A DNA stretch of 64,000 nt from Vicugna vicugna (lineage: Eukaryota), in NCBI GenBank assembly GCA_013265495.1, contig MU057640.1:691303-755302 (forward strand). The letters are read 5' to 3'. The notes beneath the pieces are model-generated. The model saw nothing but the letters and a program-made list of their open reading frames with translations. It ran no database searches and was not told the origin of the DNA. Made by a program: the position numbers and the translations under genes. This document shows, in pieces, positions 35,931 through 50,559 of the stretch. Numbering within the stretch: position 1 is the stretch's first letter; the number at the start of each line of letters is the position of its first letter.

Positions 35931-37316
35931 ATTTCCTAATGTCAGGCTCAGGGCGATAATACTGGGTAAGGAGCATCATGGTTCTGACCAATATCTCTTT
36001 TCTTGTGTTTCATGAATAATGGTGAGTTGAGTTTTGTGCTGCAGATCGTTCATCTGCAGGCCTCCATCACTCTCCTCGCCAGGATACGTCACTGTGTGCT
36101 TGGGAGCATGTATACACACACATACAGAAGTCTACCAGAAAAAAAAGATGTCTCAACTAAAACATTCTGCTTTAAAGCTGCAAAGAATGTGAGAGACTCA
36201 TGATTCCATAAAACAAAGTCACTAAACTCTATAGAACCAAATCTACCTGGCACAGGTTTCAGTGGAGTTCACGACCAGGGGGAGAGAAAAGACAGTTATG
36301 GGGCTGAGGTTGGTGGATGTCTCCATTCTGAAGTCCTGAGCCAATGACAAGGCAAATCTGGATGACGAGGGACACTGGTTTTGGTCTCATGCCATTATTT
36401 GCAACGGTCACTCTGAATCTCCTAAATTAGATCGTAACATCTGTAGGAGGGTGATCTGGCCAAATTCTCATCCGGGGACCCCACGGGTGCGAGAAATGAA
36501 GAGGGCTGAGGAGACAAGAGCAAAACCTTAAGCCCTGTCACCGGGTGTAGGATGACGGGAGGAAATAAAAGTGAGGGGCCAGGAAGTGAGAAACGGATCT
36601 GATGTTTATCTTTAGAAATGGCACCTCCCAGCCCTCAAGTCAGGCTTGCTGTTTAGGGTGGCTTCTGTTTCGTTCCCCAGCCTCACCAGCATCCGTTTGC
36701 TAATCATGCTATTAGCATAACTGGGAGTCCCCGCCCTGGGTTCCTTAAACCCAGAGCTCATCCTTTTGAGGCATTTCATTTATTGGTGAAATTGCCCATT
36801 TCCTTGTCTTTCTCCCCTACTAGGCCTTAAATTCCTGGAGGGCAGGGGCTTTGGTCTGTTCCCTGCGGGATCTCATTGCAAGGCACAAGGCGGGGAATAT
36901 AGATGCGGAGAGTTGGAGGTCACCGTGCAAGCAGCGCAGGGTGGTCCTTATGCGGGTGGGCTTGACCCCTGCCCTGCCAGCTCACTGTCCCCACTTGGCT
37001 GATGTGCTCTGGTTTCCAGATTCTACTATGACTTATTGCACAGGACTTCAGGTTTTGTAAAACCCTTTGAGATTTTCCTAGAAAAGATAACACACATAAG
37101 CTTCCATTTCTGTGTAATAAGGTAACTCATCTAGGAACATAATCCTCCTGGAATTTCATTGTGCACCTACCTGGAATTGTATCCACTGAGACCTTATGAA
37201 TAATGAAACCTGACATTGTAACGACATACAATGCCTTGGACGCGTGTTAAAGGGTGGGGTGGTGGAGGGCTCACGTAAGCATGTCTGGGCAGAGCTATTC
37301 GACTAGATAAGCAAAC

Positions 37317-37503
37317 CTGGGCATCTTCGAATGTGTATCTCCCACCATCCTTGACGTTCTGACTGGTTATCTCGTAGCTGTGAGAATCCAGGTTGATTGC
37401 ACTTGGGGCCCCTGGAGCCAGAAACTCCTGCCAGATTTCTTCCACCCTCTTGGCCACATCCTGTAGGGGTTGTTTCTTGAGATCTTGGACAGCCAACCAG
37501 AAC
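37317..37503 (-). CDS. RGS6: RGS6 internal exon (exon 15), RGS domain core; 187 nt, phase 2-0
   Basis: ccatttcag|G TTC TGG TTG GCT...GCC CAG|gtttgc. Translates (R)[62 protein letters not shown], visible in ORF 37194..37496. Confidence 0.98.
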
Positions 37504-37737
37504 CTGAAATGGAAGCATAAAGACAGTCCATGCCAGGGGCTCAGTCAGTACCTGCTCTGCTGGACAGGGTCCCAGGACTGACATCCTATGGCTCTCATCC
37601 CCCAGCTGCCACCTCACCCGTCACAAAGGCTGCAGGGACTGCTGAGAATACAAAGGGTGCTCCATTATTGTACCAAGTGCACATTAGAAGATCCTTGTGC
37701 TTGTGGCTACCAGAAGGAGATTTCTCGCCCTCCACAT

Positions 37738-37949
37738 CAAGGGTTCCCAGCTTCGGCACCATTACCACCTTAGGAAAACTCTTTGTTGTGGGGGCTGCTC
37801 TCTGCATTGAAGGATGTTAGTAGCAACCTTGGCTTCAACCCACCAGCTGCCAGTGGCATCCTTTCCCCACGTTGTGACAACCAGAAAAGCTCCTGGACAT
37901 TACCAAATGTCTGCAGGGAGGTAAAATCACTCCCAGTTGAGAACCACTG
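37738..37949. mobile_element. MER20 (hAT-Charlie) DNA transposon
   Basis: ctttgttgtgggggctgctctctgcattgaaggatgttagtagcaaccttggc...gttgtgacaaccagaaaagctcctggacattaccaaatgtc...cccagttgagaaccactg. Confidence 0.85.
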
Positions 37950-38825
37950 CCTAACAAAGATGCCATGACACAGATAATGCCACAGCTTTGCCATAGCTGG
38001 TTGGGATCATTGGGAGGCATCAAAATGAAGCAAAGATCAGAGAAGCAGGTAGAGTCTTGAAGCCATTAAGAATATTTGAGCTGGAAGGACCCAGTCATTC
38101 ATGTTATAGACGGAGGAACTGAGCCGATTTGCAGCATCAGTGTTGAGTGTGGTGCTTGGCATATAGCAGGCACTCAATAAATGTGTTTGATTGCAGATGG
38201 GCTCATCTGGAACAAAGCTAAAGGGACATATATGGGGAGACTTTCCACCAAAAGATTCTCCAGGGAGCACGGGAGAGAAAAACCTCCCGCTCACGGCCAT
38301 ATTTGCCTCTCACAAATCCCTTAGCATCAGCACAGTGTTGGGAAGAGCTGGCCTGAGCTGTGAGCTCTGTCCTGCTGAGAGCAGCAGCAACCAGGGCCGA
38401 AGCTTGCACAACAGCTCCCTAGTGGTGAGGATGGTTCCCAAGGCAGCGCTGGAGAGGGCTTTCAGCAGGACTCAGGTCTGGGTAGCACACTTCGTGCCCC
38501 GTGAGCAAAAGAGTACAGTTTCCCCATCCATGAGACTTGTGGACAGGCCCTTGGTCATTGGGTTCCCGCAGCCACGGGAATTGCACGTACTCAGGTCAGA
38601 GAAAGGGCAGGGACAGGAGAAGCCGAACAACGACATGGAGGAAAGTGCATTCAACCTGTCATTGAATTTCACCCAAAGTAAGACGTACTTTTTTTTTTTT
38701 TTTTTAAGGTTAGGCATGTTTTTCTGTTGCTGTTCAGGGAAGTCTTTGGAGCCAAGTGCATGGCACAAAGGCACCACCTAGTGTCCAAGTGAGGTAATGC
38801 AGCTCCATTTCTGCAAAGAAAGAAG

Positions 38826-38826
<1 letters not shown>

Positions 38827-38864
<38 letters not shown>
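38827..38864. repeat. (TG)19 microsatellite
   Basis: Perfect dinucleotide run. Confidence 0.95.
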
Positions 38865-38866
<2 letters not shown>

Positions 38867-41800
38867 CGATCTCCTTAAAGAAAACTCTCATGATTCCCTG
38901 TTGGTCCTGAAGAGCGAGAGGCAGGGAAAGAGACTTAATGACTTCATTCAACCAGAAGACGTGGAAGCCCTCATCCTGGGTAGGCCCTGTCTGGGTGTCT
39001 TCCTCATGGCGCAGTGGGCACAAAGCAGGTGGAGGGATATATGACACGCGTCTGAGAACCTGCCATCCCAGGGTAACCCTGAGATGCTTCCAGGCTCTTG
39101 CGTGGGAGCTGGGCAGGGAGCAGTTTGGTGGCCACTGGTTCAATTCCAGGCCAGTCTGAGCCCTCACATCCCACCTCTTTCTCGGGTGGCCGAGGCAGAA
39201 GCCGCCCGGGGCTCCTCCTACTGCCCTCTGTCGTCACCGCTCCAGCACCAGCCTGTCCTTCTGCAGCCGGTCTCTGGTGTTCACGCCCTCTGGCTAATCG
39301 GGGAGAGGGAAAGACGGATGGTTCCTTAACCAGAGCCCAGAGCGGTGGTGGGGGTACAGTTTGAAGGGAGCTGCTCACCTGCTCAGCTGTTCAGGCGGGC
39401 CCTTGAAACTCAGCTGGGGACTGGGTCTCCTCCATCCCCCGACCCACTCCCAGGTTCCTTAGGACTCTCTGCCCCCCGCACACGGGTCTGCTAGGAAATG
39501 AAGGAGGCAGTCGAATGCTTGAGGTTAAAAATGATCACCTGGTGATGACAGGACCTAGAAGGCTTTTCTCTTCTGGAGGACAGTGTTTGATGGGCAGGGA
39601 AAATTGAGGAAACCGGCTCTGAAAAAAGGAGCTGGTGTTGGTTTTTCAAAGGACTGGAGGGAGTGCTAACAGGCAGCTTGGAGAGTCCTCTGCAATCCCG
39701 CACCGAGGCAGGACGGGAGGATGGCCTCTGAGTCCGGGGCTGGAACAACCTCTCCGGGCCAGCATCCTTCCCCAGCCCACCAGACCCTACAGTTTCTTGC
39801 ACACATGATGGTAGCCATGTGATTTCCTGCTCCCTCAGTCAATGTCATGGTGACATCACCTCCTGTCACTTTCTGTCCCCTGCTCCATTCTGCTCTGAGG
39901 AGGAGCTCTGGGGAGGCCCTGAGGACCTGACAGCTTTTGGGCGCTGCCAGCTCCCTGTGGTTCCTGAGGTCTCAGGGTCCCTTTGGCAGATTGCATTTGG
40001 AGCCACATTAATGCACGTCACTCAGTTGGGTATAGAGAAGGTCTGGGGTGGGTGTAAATGGCAATTTCAGAATCAAATTTAATAAACTTTAACATAAAAG
40101 ATTAAAAGGTTCCCTTTGTCAGGTAAAACCAAGACTTTTTTAAAAAGTACAAAAAGAAACAATAGGTGCAGGGGATTGGTGGGGAGAAGGGGATGACACT
40201 TCCCAGACAGCGTTTTCTCCCCCTGCACACTGGGGACCCTCTCAGCCGTCTGTCTGCCTTGGGGATGACCTGCCCTATCCCTCTCAGGTGACAGCAAAAA
40301 TGCTGTCACAACAGCATCCTGACATCCCATGCATGTTTACCATCACCAGCTTCGAAGACCCTTTGTGTCAATTTGAAATTCAAAACAGGCTTGGTTTGTG
40401 TTTGCCATCTGTGAGCCCAAGGGCCTGAGCTGGGGGCTCTGAGCCCCTGCTACCCGGCCACCCTCCCCTCGAAAGAGCCACAGGAGCTCCCCTCCCACAC
40501 CTGCTGCAGATGGGAGGCCCACTGAGGCCTGCGCAGCTTCTGCTCTTATCAAAAGCCTGCAGGTACCGCTGCTCCTCTAGGACGCCCGTGGGAGGAGGAT
40601 GCCAGCGGCGGCAGCAGATCCACACACCACCCCCACCCCCGCACTAAGCCTCGGTGGCTTCTTGCAGCAGAAGGGCTGTCAGGAATGGCGGGCCACAAGG
40701 ATGCAGGGATATCAGACAGACCACCTGTCCCGCTTTGCTGGAGTCAGCAGAGCGGGGAAGGCAGCCGTGTGCTGGCATGTGGTCTGCATCACTGGCTTAG
40801 GAGTGCAGGCAGAAACCGGCCTTTGTAAGGAGGCAGACTGGGCTCAGACACCCCCGGGGCTGAGCAGCAGTGGACAGGACTAGAGGGCAGTGTGAGGCTG
40901 CCCCAGGTGGCCTCTCATCTCCCGCTGGACCGGGGTGCTGGCAGGGAATGGATTTCCTCCTCTAGGCTGGAACAAGGGGGACCACGCAGCAAGAGGACAC
41001 TCTCCATCCTGCTGGGAGGTCTGGGCAGCCCTGGCTCCTCACTTACCTATCTTTCCAGAAACTAGGATTTTCATGGGTTAGAAAAATCCCGCTTTTAGTT
41101 TATTCCCAGGGAAAAGTTAACTCCACGTGGAAGTAAGGGTTCCTGTGCCCTCAGCTGGTCCACAGAGACTCAGGAACAATGGATGCTACTGGACTCAGTG
41201 TCTGGTTGGATTGGAATCCAGCCACCAGCAGCACCACCAAAGCTGCGTTATGCTCTCTGGGCAGGGACTGAAATGCCACAGATCGTCCCAGTGCTATGTG
41301 AGTCACTTCTGTGCCCATTAACCACGTGTTTGGTTAGCAGTGAACCCTACCGGGCCTGACGACCTTTTCGAGGTCTTCCTAGGACGGGGGGTCACTCTTG
41401 GAGATGGGAGCTCTCCAGGCAAACCTGGCAACCCCGCTGTGCTCTCTTTAATTGCTTCTCCCTTCAGCTGACACCGTGTGGAACCAGGATAATCAATCTG
41501 CAGGTTAGAAGAACAACCACATTCTCTCAGGAGACGTTACAGCTCATAAAAAATGTACAGGGGATGCTCTTTGCTGAGGGTTTTGATTTTTAACTCGTGC
41601 CCTGCCATGTGGCAGTGGGTGTTGAGCCAGGGAGGATGAAGGTTTGTGCAGGGGAGATGGAGGCGGGCAAAGGTGGCAAGGGAGATCTGTCACCACTCTA
41701 GGAAAACAGAGAAAGCAAAGGAACAAGTCCGGTCCCTCACTGGGACTCCCTCCCACCTTGGCCCTGAGAGACCACATGCATTCCAGAGGCCTGGAGCCAA

Positions 41801-44800
41801 TGGCATCTCCAGGGGGCCCACCCAGTCCGCCTGGAGCCCCGGGCTCAGCCCAGGGTGCTGCAGAGGGCGTCCAGGCCCACGCGGTGTCGTCTGCAGCTAA
41901 AGGCGCTGGCCACGCCCCGTCCAGCATCGGGAGATGCCACCCCTCCCGCATCTCACGGGCGCACCCCAAAGAAAAAAGAGCAAAGAGGACGTCAGCTTCC
42001 ATTGTATCACCATGGACATCTCTCCTTAAAGGATCCATGGTGTCCTTCTGCAATGGTGTGAACAGTACCTATGTCTCTCTGGGGTCCTCTGCTCTGCATT
42101 CTGAAGCTCTGGTATAGACTGAACCACTTGGCTATTTAACTGGCAACATTTTTCTAGGTGTCATGCAAAAATGTTATGTACCCCTTCCGCTGGCAAGATG
42201 CAAGGGAGCACAGGAGGACAGGGGTGGAGAGGCTTTGGCTGTGTGTCCAGCTGAGCTCTGGTCTGGTTCTCTCTTTTGCCCCCCTGCTCCGATGCCAGCT
42301 GCCTGGCCTTGAACTGTCCTGGGGAGAAGGGACCACCCCAGTGAGGCCAACACCACAGATGGGTAGGGGCCTTGAGTTGTGCCGCGTGGCACGGCTCTGG
42401 GACGGCCATGCACAAGGACCGCAGGCTGCACGTGGCCGCCCCGACAAGGAGTGAAACGCATTCGGCTCCGAGCCCTCGGGCCTGGGTCACGGTGGGCGCT
42501 AAGGCAGCCTCTGTGGCCACAGGAATGACCGCAAAGGGAAGGGGAGGGAAGAAGCTGCCTGTGGGTGACGGAAGAGCCCTCAGCCCCCCGCCCCCATCCA
42601 ACTATGCTGAATATCATGAACATGGAATTTGGGCTTCCAGAGAGGATTTGAGAAACTCTTGGACCAGACTTCTTACCTGCGGCTGTTTTGTTTCCTTTAT
42701 CCTCTCCCCTGTCATGGATCAGAGGGGAGCCTCCTTAAGTCTGGATTTATGCATTCACGCTGGGGGTGTCGATTAGTCACCAGCGCACTCACACACACTC
42801 ACACGCACCCTCACCCTGGATGTAGCCCTCCTGGTGCGGGAGCCAGGAGCTGGCAGAGGCCCCAGAGGGGGTGACAAGAGGTGGCACTGAACACCTGCCA
42901 GGGACACACTCCACGGTGCACGGTGGCCTAAAGTGCGATGTGTATATCATGGCCTCGGCTGCACCTAGACTGGGCGAGGCAGTGCGAGCCACAAGACGCC
43001 CTGGCTCCTGGGCCCCTCACAAGGACCAGGGCCCTATGGTCGTTCTTCCAAGTCTCTGTGATGGTGCAGGTGGCTGAGAAATAGTCAGGTAAAGGGGGCC
43101 TCTACTGCACCATCTGGGGGACCCAGGGAGTGGGGATGAGAAGGAGTGGCCACACTGGGACTGAACTGGCGGCACAGAGAGTCTGCCTGGGCGCATCACG
43201 CTGGCCACAGAGGGCACGGCTTCCCACGCAGGACCGCCTGCAGGCACAGCCTGGGAGGCTGGTCTGAGCACCATCCCGGTAAAGAGTTTTAGAGTCAAGC
43301 CTTCTGCAGCAAATGCTTGGTTAGGAATTGACGTGAAACTCTGAGATGGGTTTAGAAAATGCCTCAGCACAAGGAAAGAACTCTTTCGGGTCATAACCTG
43401 AAATCAGGTATTCATCCTCATCTGGCTTACCGTAGGCACACAGCTGCCTAGAAAGGCAGCGACATCACAGTTAATCACCATCCACGTGTCCTCCCAGGAC
43501 TTCGTGGGGTGGGAGGGTCCCACCGCCACATCTTCGCCCACAGCGTCGTCCAGCTTAGAACACCCTCCCTCCGGCTTTCTTGTCCATCAGTATCTCGTAC
43601 ACTGTTCAAAGTCCAACTTATGTTTTGCCTACTCTGGTTTACATTCATCCTTTCCTTTTTAAAACACTTCCAAAATGGTTCTTAGAGTTTACACTCATTT
43701 ATATTCATTTAATGACTTAAGAGTTTCTTGTATTTTCTCCTCAAGGACTTAACAAGGTCGTTGCAGGCAAAGATCACGCATCCTGACTTTCTTGCACCCT
43801 TAGCAGACTCTCGGGGGCTGGAAACAGCATAGGTGTGTAATAAACACCATTTGATTGATGTCTGAGACTGATACGGCCTCTAACCCTGAATACATAACAC
43901 GGACTTTGCACATTAACACTGGAGCTGACAGTCCTTTCCCCACAGTACGTGCTCTTTTTAAAGTTAAAAAAAATGAATAAAGCCACTCTTTGAAAAATGC
44001 CTTTGGAAGAGGGAAACTAAAAGAGAGCCTGGTGCCAGGAAACCACTGGGATTTCCATCTTACTCACTGAGAAAAGTCACCACTTGGCTAAGACCAGTGA
44101 GCGGTCTTAGATAAGCCATGCTTTGTGTATGTCTCTGTTTCCACATCTAATATGGTGAAAGCCTGAATAAACCATGTTACCTAATTTTTCATGACCCAGA
44201 TCCCTGCCCCTTCGGATGCTCTCTCTTTCCTTCCTCTCACAATGGACCCTCTGTTTTGAAAATTTTATTTATTTTTCTACTAAAGATTAACTTAATACAT
44301 TAATACGTTTCCCTTCATCTTGATTAGTCATAAACCAATAAAAACAATCAGACTTCCTCCCTGTAGTCAAGTGACCAGAGTAACCGCTACATGGGGTTGC
44401 AAGAATCCTCCCGAGGGGAAAAGCATGTTTTCATCAGTTCTTACAGTTACATCTCCAGTTATTGAATGATATTTCCTTTGTCATTTTGCGGTTCTGAAAT
44501 GAGCCCACTGACCCCTCTTTCTTCCAGTTAGCCCATCAACTGCTTGGGACCCCAGACTGGGAAGTTTTGAAAGAGGGGGTTTCTGAGCTGCCTTTCCACC
44601 CTGAAGTTCCCAGGTTTTATGGTTGTAGTTAATGAATGGCATCACTACGTTGGTTTGGCCATTGGGTGATTACTGAAGTCATGTTTCCAATTACTTGAAG
44701 GAAGGTCATCTGGATTTAAAGAACAAAAAATGCTGGTGTTCAAAGGTGGTAATCTGGTGATAACAAAGCTGCCTTGGCAATTGGTTCCCCATTTCAGCCT

Positions 44801-44920
44801 TAGCCAGATTGACTGGAATTTGAACCATAACATTTAATTGAGAAAGGGAGGGAGAAAGAGAGACTGATGAGGCAAAGGTCTTCATAGCCTGCACACAACT
44901 CAGACCTTGGAGGGACTCAC

Positions 44921-45046
44921 CTGAGGTTTTCTGAACTGAATTCTGACTCCAGGAATCGCAGAAACTGGTCCCGTCCCACCTGGTCCTTCAATATCTCGTC
45001 GAAAGAGAAGCCCCATCTTTTTACTCTCTGCTGGCTGGGCTCTTTG
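44921..45046 (-). CDS. RGS6: RGS6 internal exon (exon 14), start of the RGS domain; 126 nt, phase 2-2
   Basis: ttctcccaaag|C AAA GAG CCC...AAC CTC AG|gtgagt. Translates (S)[41 protein letters not shown](R). The residues [21 protein letters not shown] match RGS6 rather than RGS7 (recalled as WGFGMDEALKDPVGREQFLKF). Confidence 0.98.
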
Positions 45047-46494
45047 CTTTGGGAGAAACAAAGGTTTAAAAGATGATCAATACCAAGCAAAAACCTGCAT
45101 CATATTCTCATCAACAACTCAGACTTATTTTGCTGCCATGGGCCAAAGGGAAGTGTCTCATATTTAAGTGACAGATTCCATAAACCCTGCACCAATCCCA
45201 AACGCAGACTGCTGTGCACTGACACTAGCCAACAGTAAAGAGTCTCTTTCAAGAAGGTGTTTGAAAGGGGCCACATCTAGGTGAGGGTCACAGGATGCCC
45301 ACCAAGTGGCTGCTGTCTCCAGGAAATACAACCGCCCTTGATTTGGCTTCCCTGGGCCATTTCCTTTGGTTATGGGCCCAACTCTTGACTTTTTTCACTT
45401 AAAAAAAGAAAAAACTGAGGATGCCTTAGGAATCTGACCTTTCATCAGAGACACTGTCCCCACCTCCTGCTCCTTCCTCAATCCACAGGGGAAAAACAGA
45501 GTCCAGTTCAGTCCAAGCAGTGGCCAGCTGGTCAGAAATGCATCAGCTCATCCAGGATAAACCCATTCAGTTGTTCAGAGGCAGGATGTTGCGTTTATTC
45601 ATTGATTTAACAGCTACCTGCACAGAGTCTATGGTCTACCTCTTTCCCAACATTTCACATCTGTTAACTCAGATTTGAACATGTTGCTATACTGAATGGT
45701 TTCTGTGGTTATAAAATAATTCTGAAAATTAAAATATCTCTGGACATTCACCCCCAGGTGACTGGTACAATAACCTTCCCGTGGCCCAACTCAAACAAAT
45801 AATTCATGGAACCCACAATTCCTTTATTTCCATCCACTGTGTAGAAATGCTTTCTTATGACATATTTTGTGTTATAGTTTTGTACCATCATTTAGCTTTT
45901 TAAGGGTTTATGCCATTGTCTCTCCAGCTATTGTGTGGGCTCTTTGAGGGCAGAGACCATGTCTCATGTATCTTTGTGTTCATAGTGCTTTTCACATAGC
46001 AAGAATTTAACACTAAGAGGAAATCAATAGGAAAATGTGTACAATGATGTGGGTGATGTGCCCTTATCCCAACAGCATTCTCTAACCGCTAGCTGCATGT
46101 CTTTTTCTAACTCTAATTTGTCTTCTGTGCCCATTTAGTCTCACCAAATTCCTGCCCCAGACTGGGCACCCCAAACCAACACAGAGCAAAGACAGGTATC
46201 TCTCCCAGGGAGTCCTTCATTCCAGGTGATCTCCCAACTAAAGAGAATGGAGCAAATCTGCCCAACGGCGAACAACAAAGCCAGATTCAGAAGAAGCGGA
46301 TATCTATAAAAATACTCAGCTATCTTCAAAAATTTTTTTGAACTACTAGAAAATTACTAAACGAGGGATTGTTCCTTAAAGAGCAAACGTCCCATGACCC
46401 CATCTCAGCCCTGAGGCTACTGAAGGAACAATCACAATTTTCTTTACTGCCCCAAGAACTCCTGATGGTCCTAAATACTCCAGTGGGGAGTGGT

Positions 46495-47025
46495 CCTGTT
46501 ATTTGTTGCTGTGTAACAAACCATTCCCAAACTCAGTGGCTTAAAACAACAATTTCTTCTTCTCTCTCAGTATCCCATGGGCTCAGCTGGGTGGTTCTTG
46601 CCTGGGGTCTCTTAACAAGTTGTAGTTGGACAGCAGCTGGGGGTGGTGTCATCTGAAGGCTGGACTGGGCTGGACTGAGCTGGATGGCTCCTCACATGGC
46701 AGATGATGCTGGTTTTTGGCTGGGAGCTCAGCTGAGGCTGTCGACCTTATGGGGCCCTACGGGCTTGGATTCCTCACAGCTTGGCCAGTGGGTTCTGAGA
46801 AAGAATGTCTTAAGAGCAAATGTCTCAAATGACCAAGGTAGAAGCCACAGGGGCTGCTTTATGACCTATTCTCAGAATGTTTCTTCTGCAATACTCTGTT
46901 GGCTAAAGGCACCAAGACCAGCCCAGATGAAAAGGATGGGCGATGTCTCCTCTTTTTGCAAGAAGCATCCCATGCGTACAAAGCGGGAAGACACTGATGG
47001 GGCCATGTTTGGAGACTGACCATGC
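46495..47025 (-). mobile_element. MaLR solo LTR (MLT1F/H-like)
   Basis: ttgctgtgtaacaaaccattcccaaactcagtggcttaaaacaacaattt...gggctcagctgggtggttctt...gatggctcctcacatggcag. Confidence 0.75.
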
Positions 47026-50000
47026 TAGGGGAGGAGCTGGACTTAATATCCTGAATGAACAGCTCTATCAAGCTTGCTGAGCACGGGCAGCTCAGGGACA
47101 GCCTCTGGCTCTCAGCAGGTCAGGCTGGCTAGGGGTAGATGCCTTTGGCCAAGCAGGATTAGTCAGGTTCCTTGTAGTTCTTTGCACATGTGCCTGTTGC
47201 CCAGCAGAGAGAGAAGCCAAACCTGAACCATGTGATAAGAGCAAATTGTGAACCACAATCCTGCTGGCAATGTCAGGTTTTTGTTAGATCCATTATCTGG
47301 CTGATGGCACATTCAGGAATACTTCCCAGAGACCCTCTCCTGGTGGTGTTTAGACTACAGAGTTCTCTCCAACTGAGATCTGGCAATTTGGGGCTGATTT
47401 TTCCTTGGTGGTGAGCTCTGGCAATCACTGTTCTCTCTACCTGAACTTGACTTCTCAGGGTTTCCACTAAATAGACTGGAGGTATAGTTGCCCGTCCTTT
47501 AAAAGGGCAGCCTTACATGGCCCTCTGAATATGCTCTTTCTCATTTTGGATTTCCAGATCTAATCATCTGTCTGAAAAGGACAAAGGATTAAAGCACAAT
47601 TCTCTCTTATTTATGCTACATCCTGTGTCATCCTGCCAATTATTCTGTTAAATCCGTCACTGGCTTCCACGGGGTTGTCTGTAACCTGCACATGACTGAG
47701 ACAGTCATGTTCATCTCTGTAGAATCCAGATGTTGTCTGTGATGCTCTCTGTGCTGGACACTGTGAAGAGTCTGTACCCCTTTGCCCATGCCCAGTAGAA
47801 ATCAAAGCCCACCTGGGACAAACATGAAGTCGCAAGGGACTCCTGCCTTCTCCCGTGCTGCCTCTATGCTGCGTCTTCACCTGTCTTCAGCCAAAACCTC
47901 CTTCACATGAAGTGGTGGGAGGGTAGAAGCCTTTACTGAAGTTGGAGGGCCCTGAGACGGGGGTACACGTTGCACCACCCAACAGCAGACAATTTAAAAA
48001 AATCACACACTTGATATTCCTATTTTGAAGAGTCCTTGGACACCTCAGACCTAGGGGTTTTCCTGGCCCTGCACAGAGGCCTGGTCTCTCCCCTCGTTCT
48101 GCTCCTCTCACTGCCCTGAAGTCTTCCTTCTCAGGGACAAGATGCACACTCATCTCATTTTCTTATGTGGCGCAGCACGACCTCTCCACTTGTTGAGTCT
48201 CGGCCATACCCCTGCCTTGAGGGCCTGACTCTGTGCCCTAAGTGACATTAATGCCCTTTGGCAAACGAGGAGGAATCCTGGGGCCCGGTGGTGAGACAGC
48301 ACATCATTCACCTCGCTACACTGGTATCTCGAGGGGCTTCCTTGCTCAGAAGGCAGCACATAGCAGGGTCTCAATAATATTTGTTGAATTAAACTGAAAC
48401 CTAGAAAAAAAAATGACCATTGATTATTTTACTGGTCATCTTCAGCCATTGGTTCATGGACAGAAACCACCTCTAGACTGACCCAGGATGGGCAGTGATC
48501 CCTGACTCCACGTCATGAAAGGAAGTTTCCTAACCACCGCCAGCATCTGACGGGGCGCGAACGTCCTACTGGGAGAAGAAGCAGGGCCTCATGGCTTCTC
48601 TTCATTTTCACTTGTATCTAAGGAACTGGTTCTGCTTGAAGGCGGACGGAACACTGCGCACGTCAGGTTAGGCGTCATAAGAGTAGAAGCCTGAGCAGCA
48701 AGAACAGAGCCAAAGCACTGCTCGTCGGGGCAGCAAGTCCCTCGGGGACAAAGTGCTGGCAGGCTGGGATAACCCAGCAGGCCAGGTGGCTGCCATTCTC
48801 CCAAACTATCACATGGGTTTTTTGCTGACTTTCAAGAGAGAAGGAGGAAATCCCAGTGTCATCATGGTGAATTAAATCCATGTGCCCACCTCCCCTCCTT
48901 TCCCAAATACAATGAAATGGCCAATGAAATGGTCACTTCCCCATCTACCCTCCATCCAACCTATACTTTTTGAGTACCTACAATGGGTCTAGGTGCTAAA
49001 ATAATTTTAGGTCCTATTTAGAAAGATAACCAAGGCGGGGGTAGGGGGATGTGATATGGAGTGACTGGCTGGGTGGGGTGGCCCCTATAGATTGGGCGGT
49101 CACAGAAGACCTTTCTGAGTAGGGGACAACAATGCTGAGTGAGACTTGAATGAGAAGGGAAGCCAGTTGTGTGAGGGTCTGTGGAAGTGGTCCAGGAAGA
49201 AGGAATAGGTAAGAGCCTGGAGTTCAATTAAATATTAAAAAACAAAACAAAACATAGTGTGTAGAGGCAAAGAAATTTCCTTCCAGCGGAGGGCAAATGG
49301 TGAGGAATTTCCAAAAGGTATGAAGCAGGTGGACTGAACTGGTCACAAACCTGATCGAGAGCCACCTAAGCCTTTAGTGAGAATAAAGTAACTGGGGGTC
49401 CCCAACAGAAGCCTGGGAAAACCCCAAGCTCTGAGCAGCAGGACTGGAAATGGGGGCAGCTGGTGGGCATTGAGCATGGGGCATATGGAATAAACTCAGA
49501 AATATGGGACACGGGCTCCATGTGGCAGAGAGGGTCTTCCAAGGAAAGGGGGTGGGGGGTGTTTTCTGGCCAGCTTCTCATATGGGCAATAAAACCAGAA
49601 GGTGGTGCCTCTGTAATCTAGGGCTGGTACAGCAAATACAGTTGGGAAAAACATCTCGGCAAGGCAAGGAGACTTCTAAAGACATCCAGGTTTTTCCCTA
49701 CTTCTCATTGGTTCCCATAGATCTAACTGGGTTCCCCAAGTTCCCTCAGCAGAAGGGAGAAGTGTGGCCTCACTGGGGAGCACCATGGACAGGAAACTGC
49801 AGAACTTCAGAAACCCCATCAGGGCCTGAAACAGAGCAGCACACCTGGCTGCTGGGATGTCACGCTAAGGAAAAGTGGGGCTTGAACCACCCATGGACCC
49901 CCGTAGCCATCATCCCAGTCTGTTCTTGGACCATATGTCCAGGACACAGAGGGGAACCCCACTGATTTACATGTGTCCTCCCATTAACACACTCAGGAGA

Positions 50001-50044
50001 AGCTGTCCAGCCAGGGGAACTGCTCAGAGGAAAGCCTGCCCCAC

Positions 50045-50375
50045 ACCAAGACTTCTCAACCTGTGCTGTGCCTCAGGATCACCCAGAATGCTTGCTAAAA
50101 ATACAGGTACCCAGAACCACCCTGCAAATCTGTATTCTAATGAGCACTGCAAGTGATTGTGATGTACCCTGTGGTTTGAGAACCACCTGCCCAAATAATT
50201 ATTGAGGGAACTCTCACCAGCTATTGGTACAGCCCATCCGGACCAGGGCTATACATTAGCATAAAATGCCCCACTGCCAGAAATTCTGATTAATTTACCT
50301 GAGGAGGAGGCTGGGCATTGGTACTTTTTAATAAGCTCTCAGGTGGTTCTAATGTATGGCGAGGGTTGAAAGCCA
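50045..50375. mobile_element. MER5-family (hAT-Charlie) remnants, two pieces
   Basis: cttctcaacctgtgctgtgcctcaggatcacccagaatgcttgctaaaaatacag...tttgagaaccac and agaaattctgattaatt...ctgggcattggtactttttaataagctctcaggtggttctaatg. Confidence 0.65.
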
Positions 50376-50559
50376 AGACCTTCATTTATGATAACCCACA
50401 GTACCCCAAATTGCTGGGTATACAGAAAGACTGATCTGCTCTGAACAGTGACTGGAGTAATGAGACAATGAACAGAAACGATGATTCTCTGATCAATGAC
50501 CCCCTGTGAAATAGACTAAGTGGCAAAAACAGAGGGGAGATGTGAAAAAAAATAATCTG

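Noticed and set aside
41047..41061. In-frame 15-nt microexon candidate in intron 14 (tag|TTTCTGGAAAGATAG|gtaagt)
   Set aside because: Strong donor but no pyrimidine tract at the acceptor, and it would interrupt the conserved ENL-FW motif of the RGS box.
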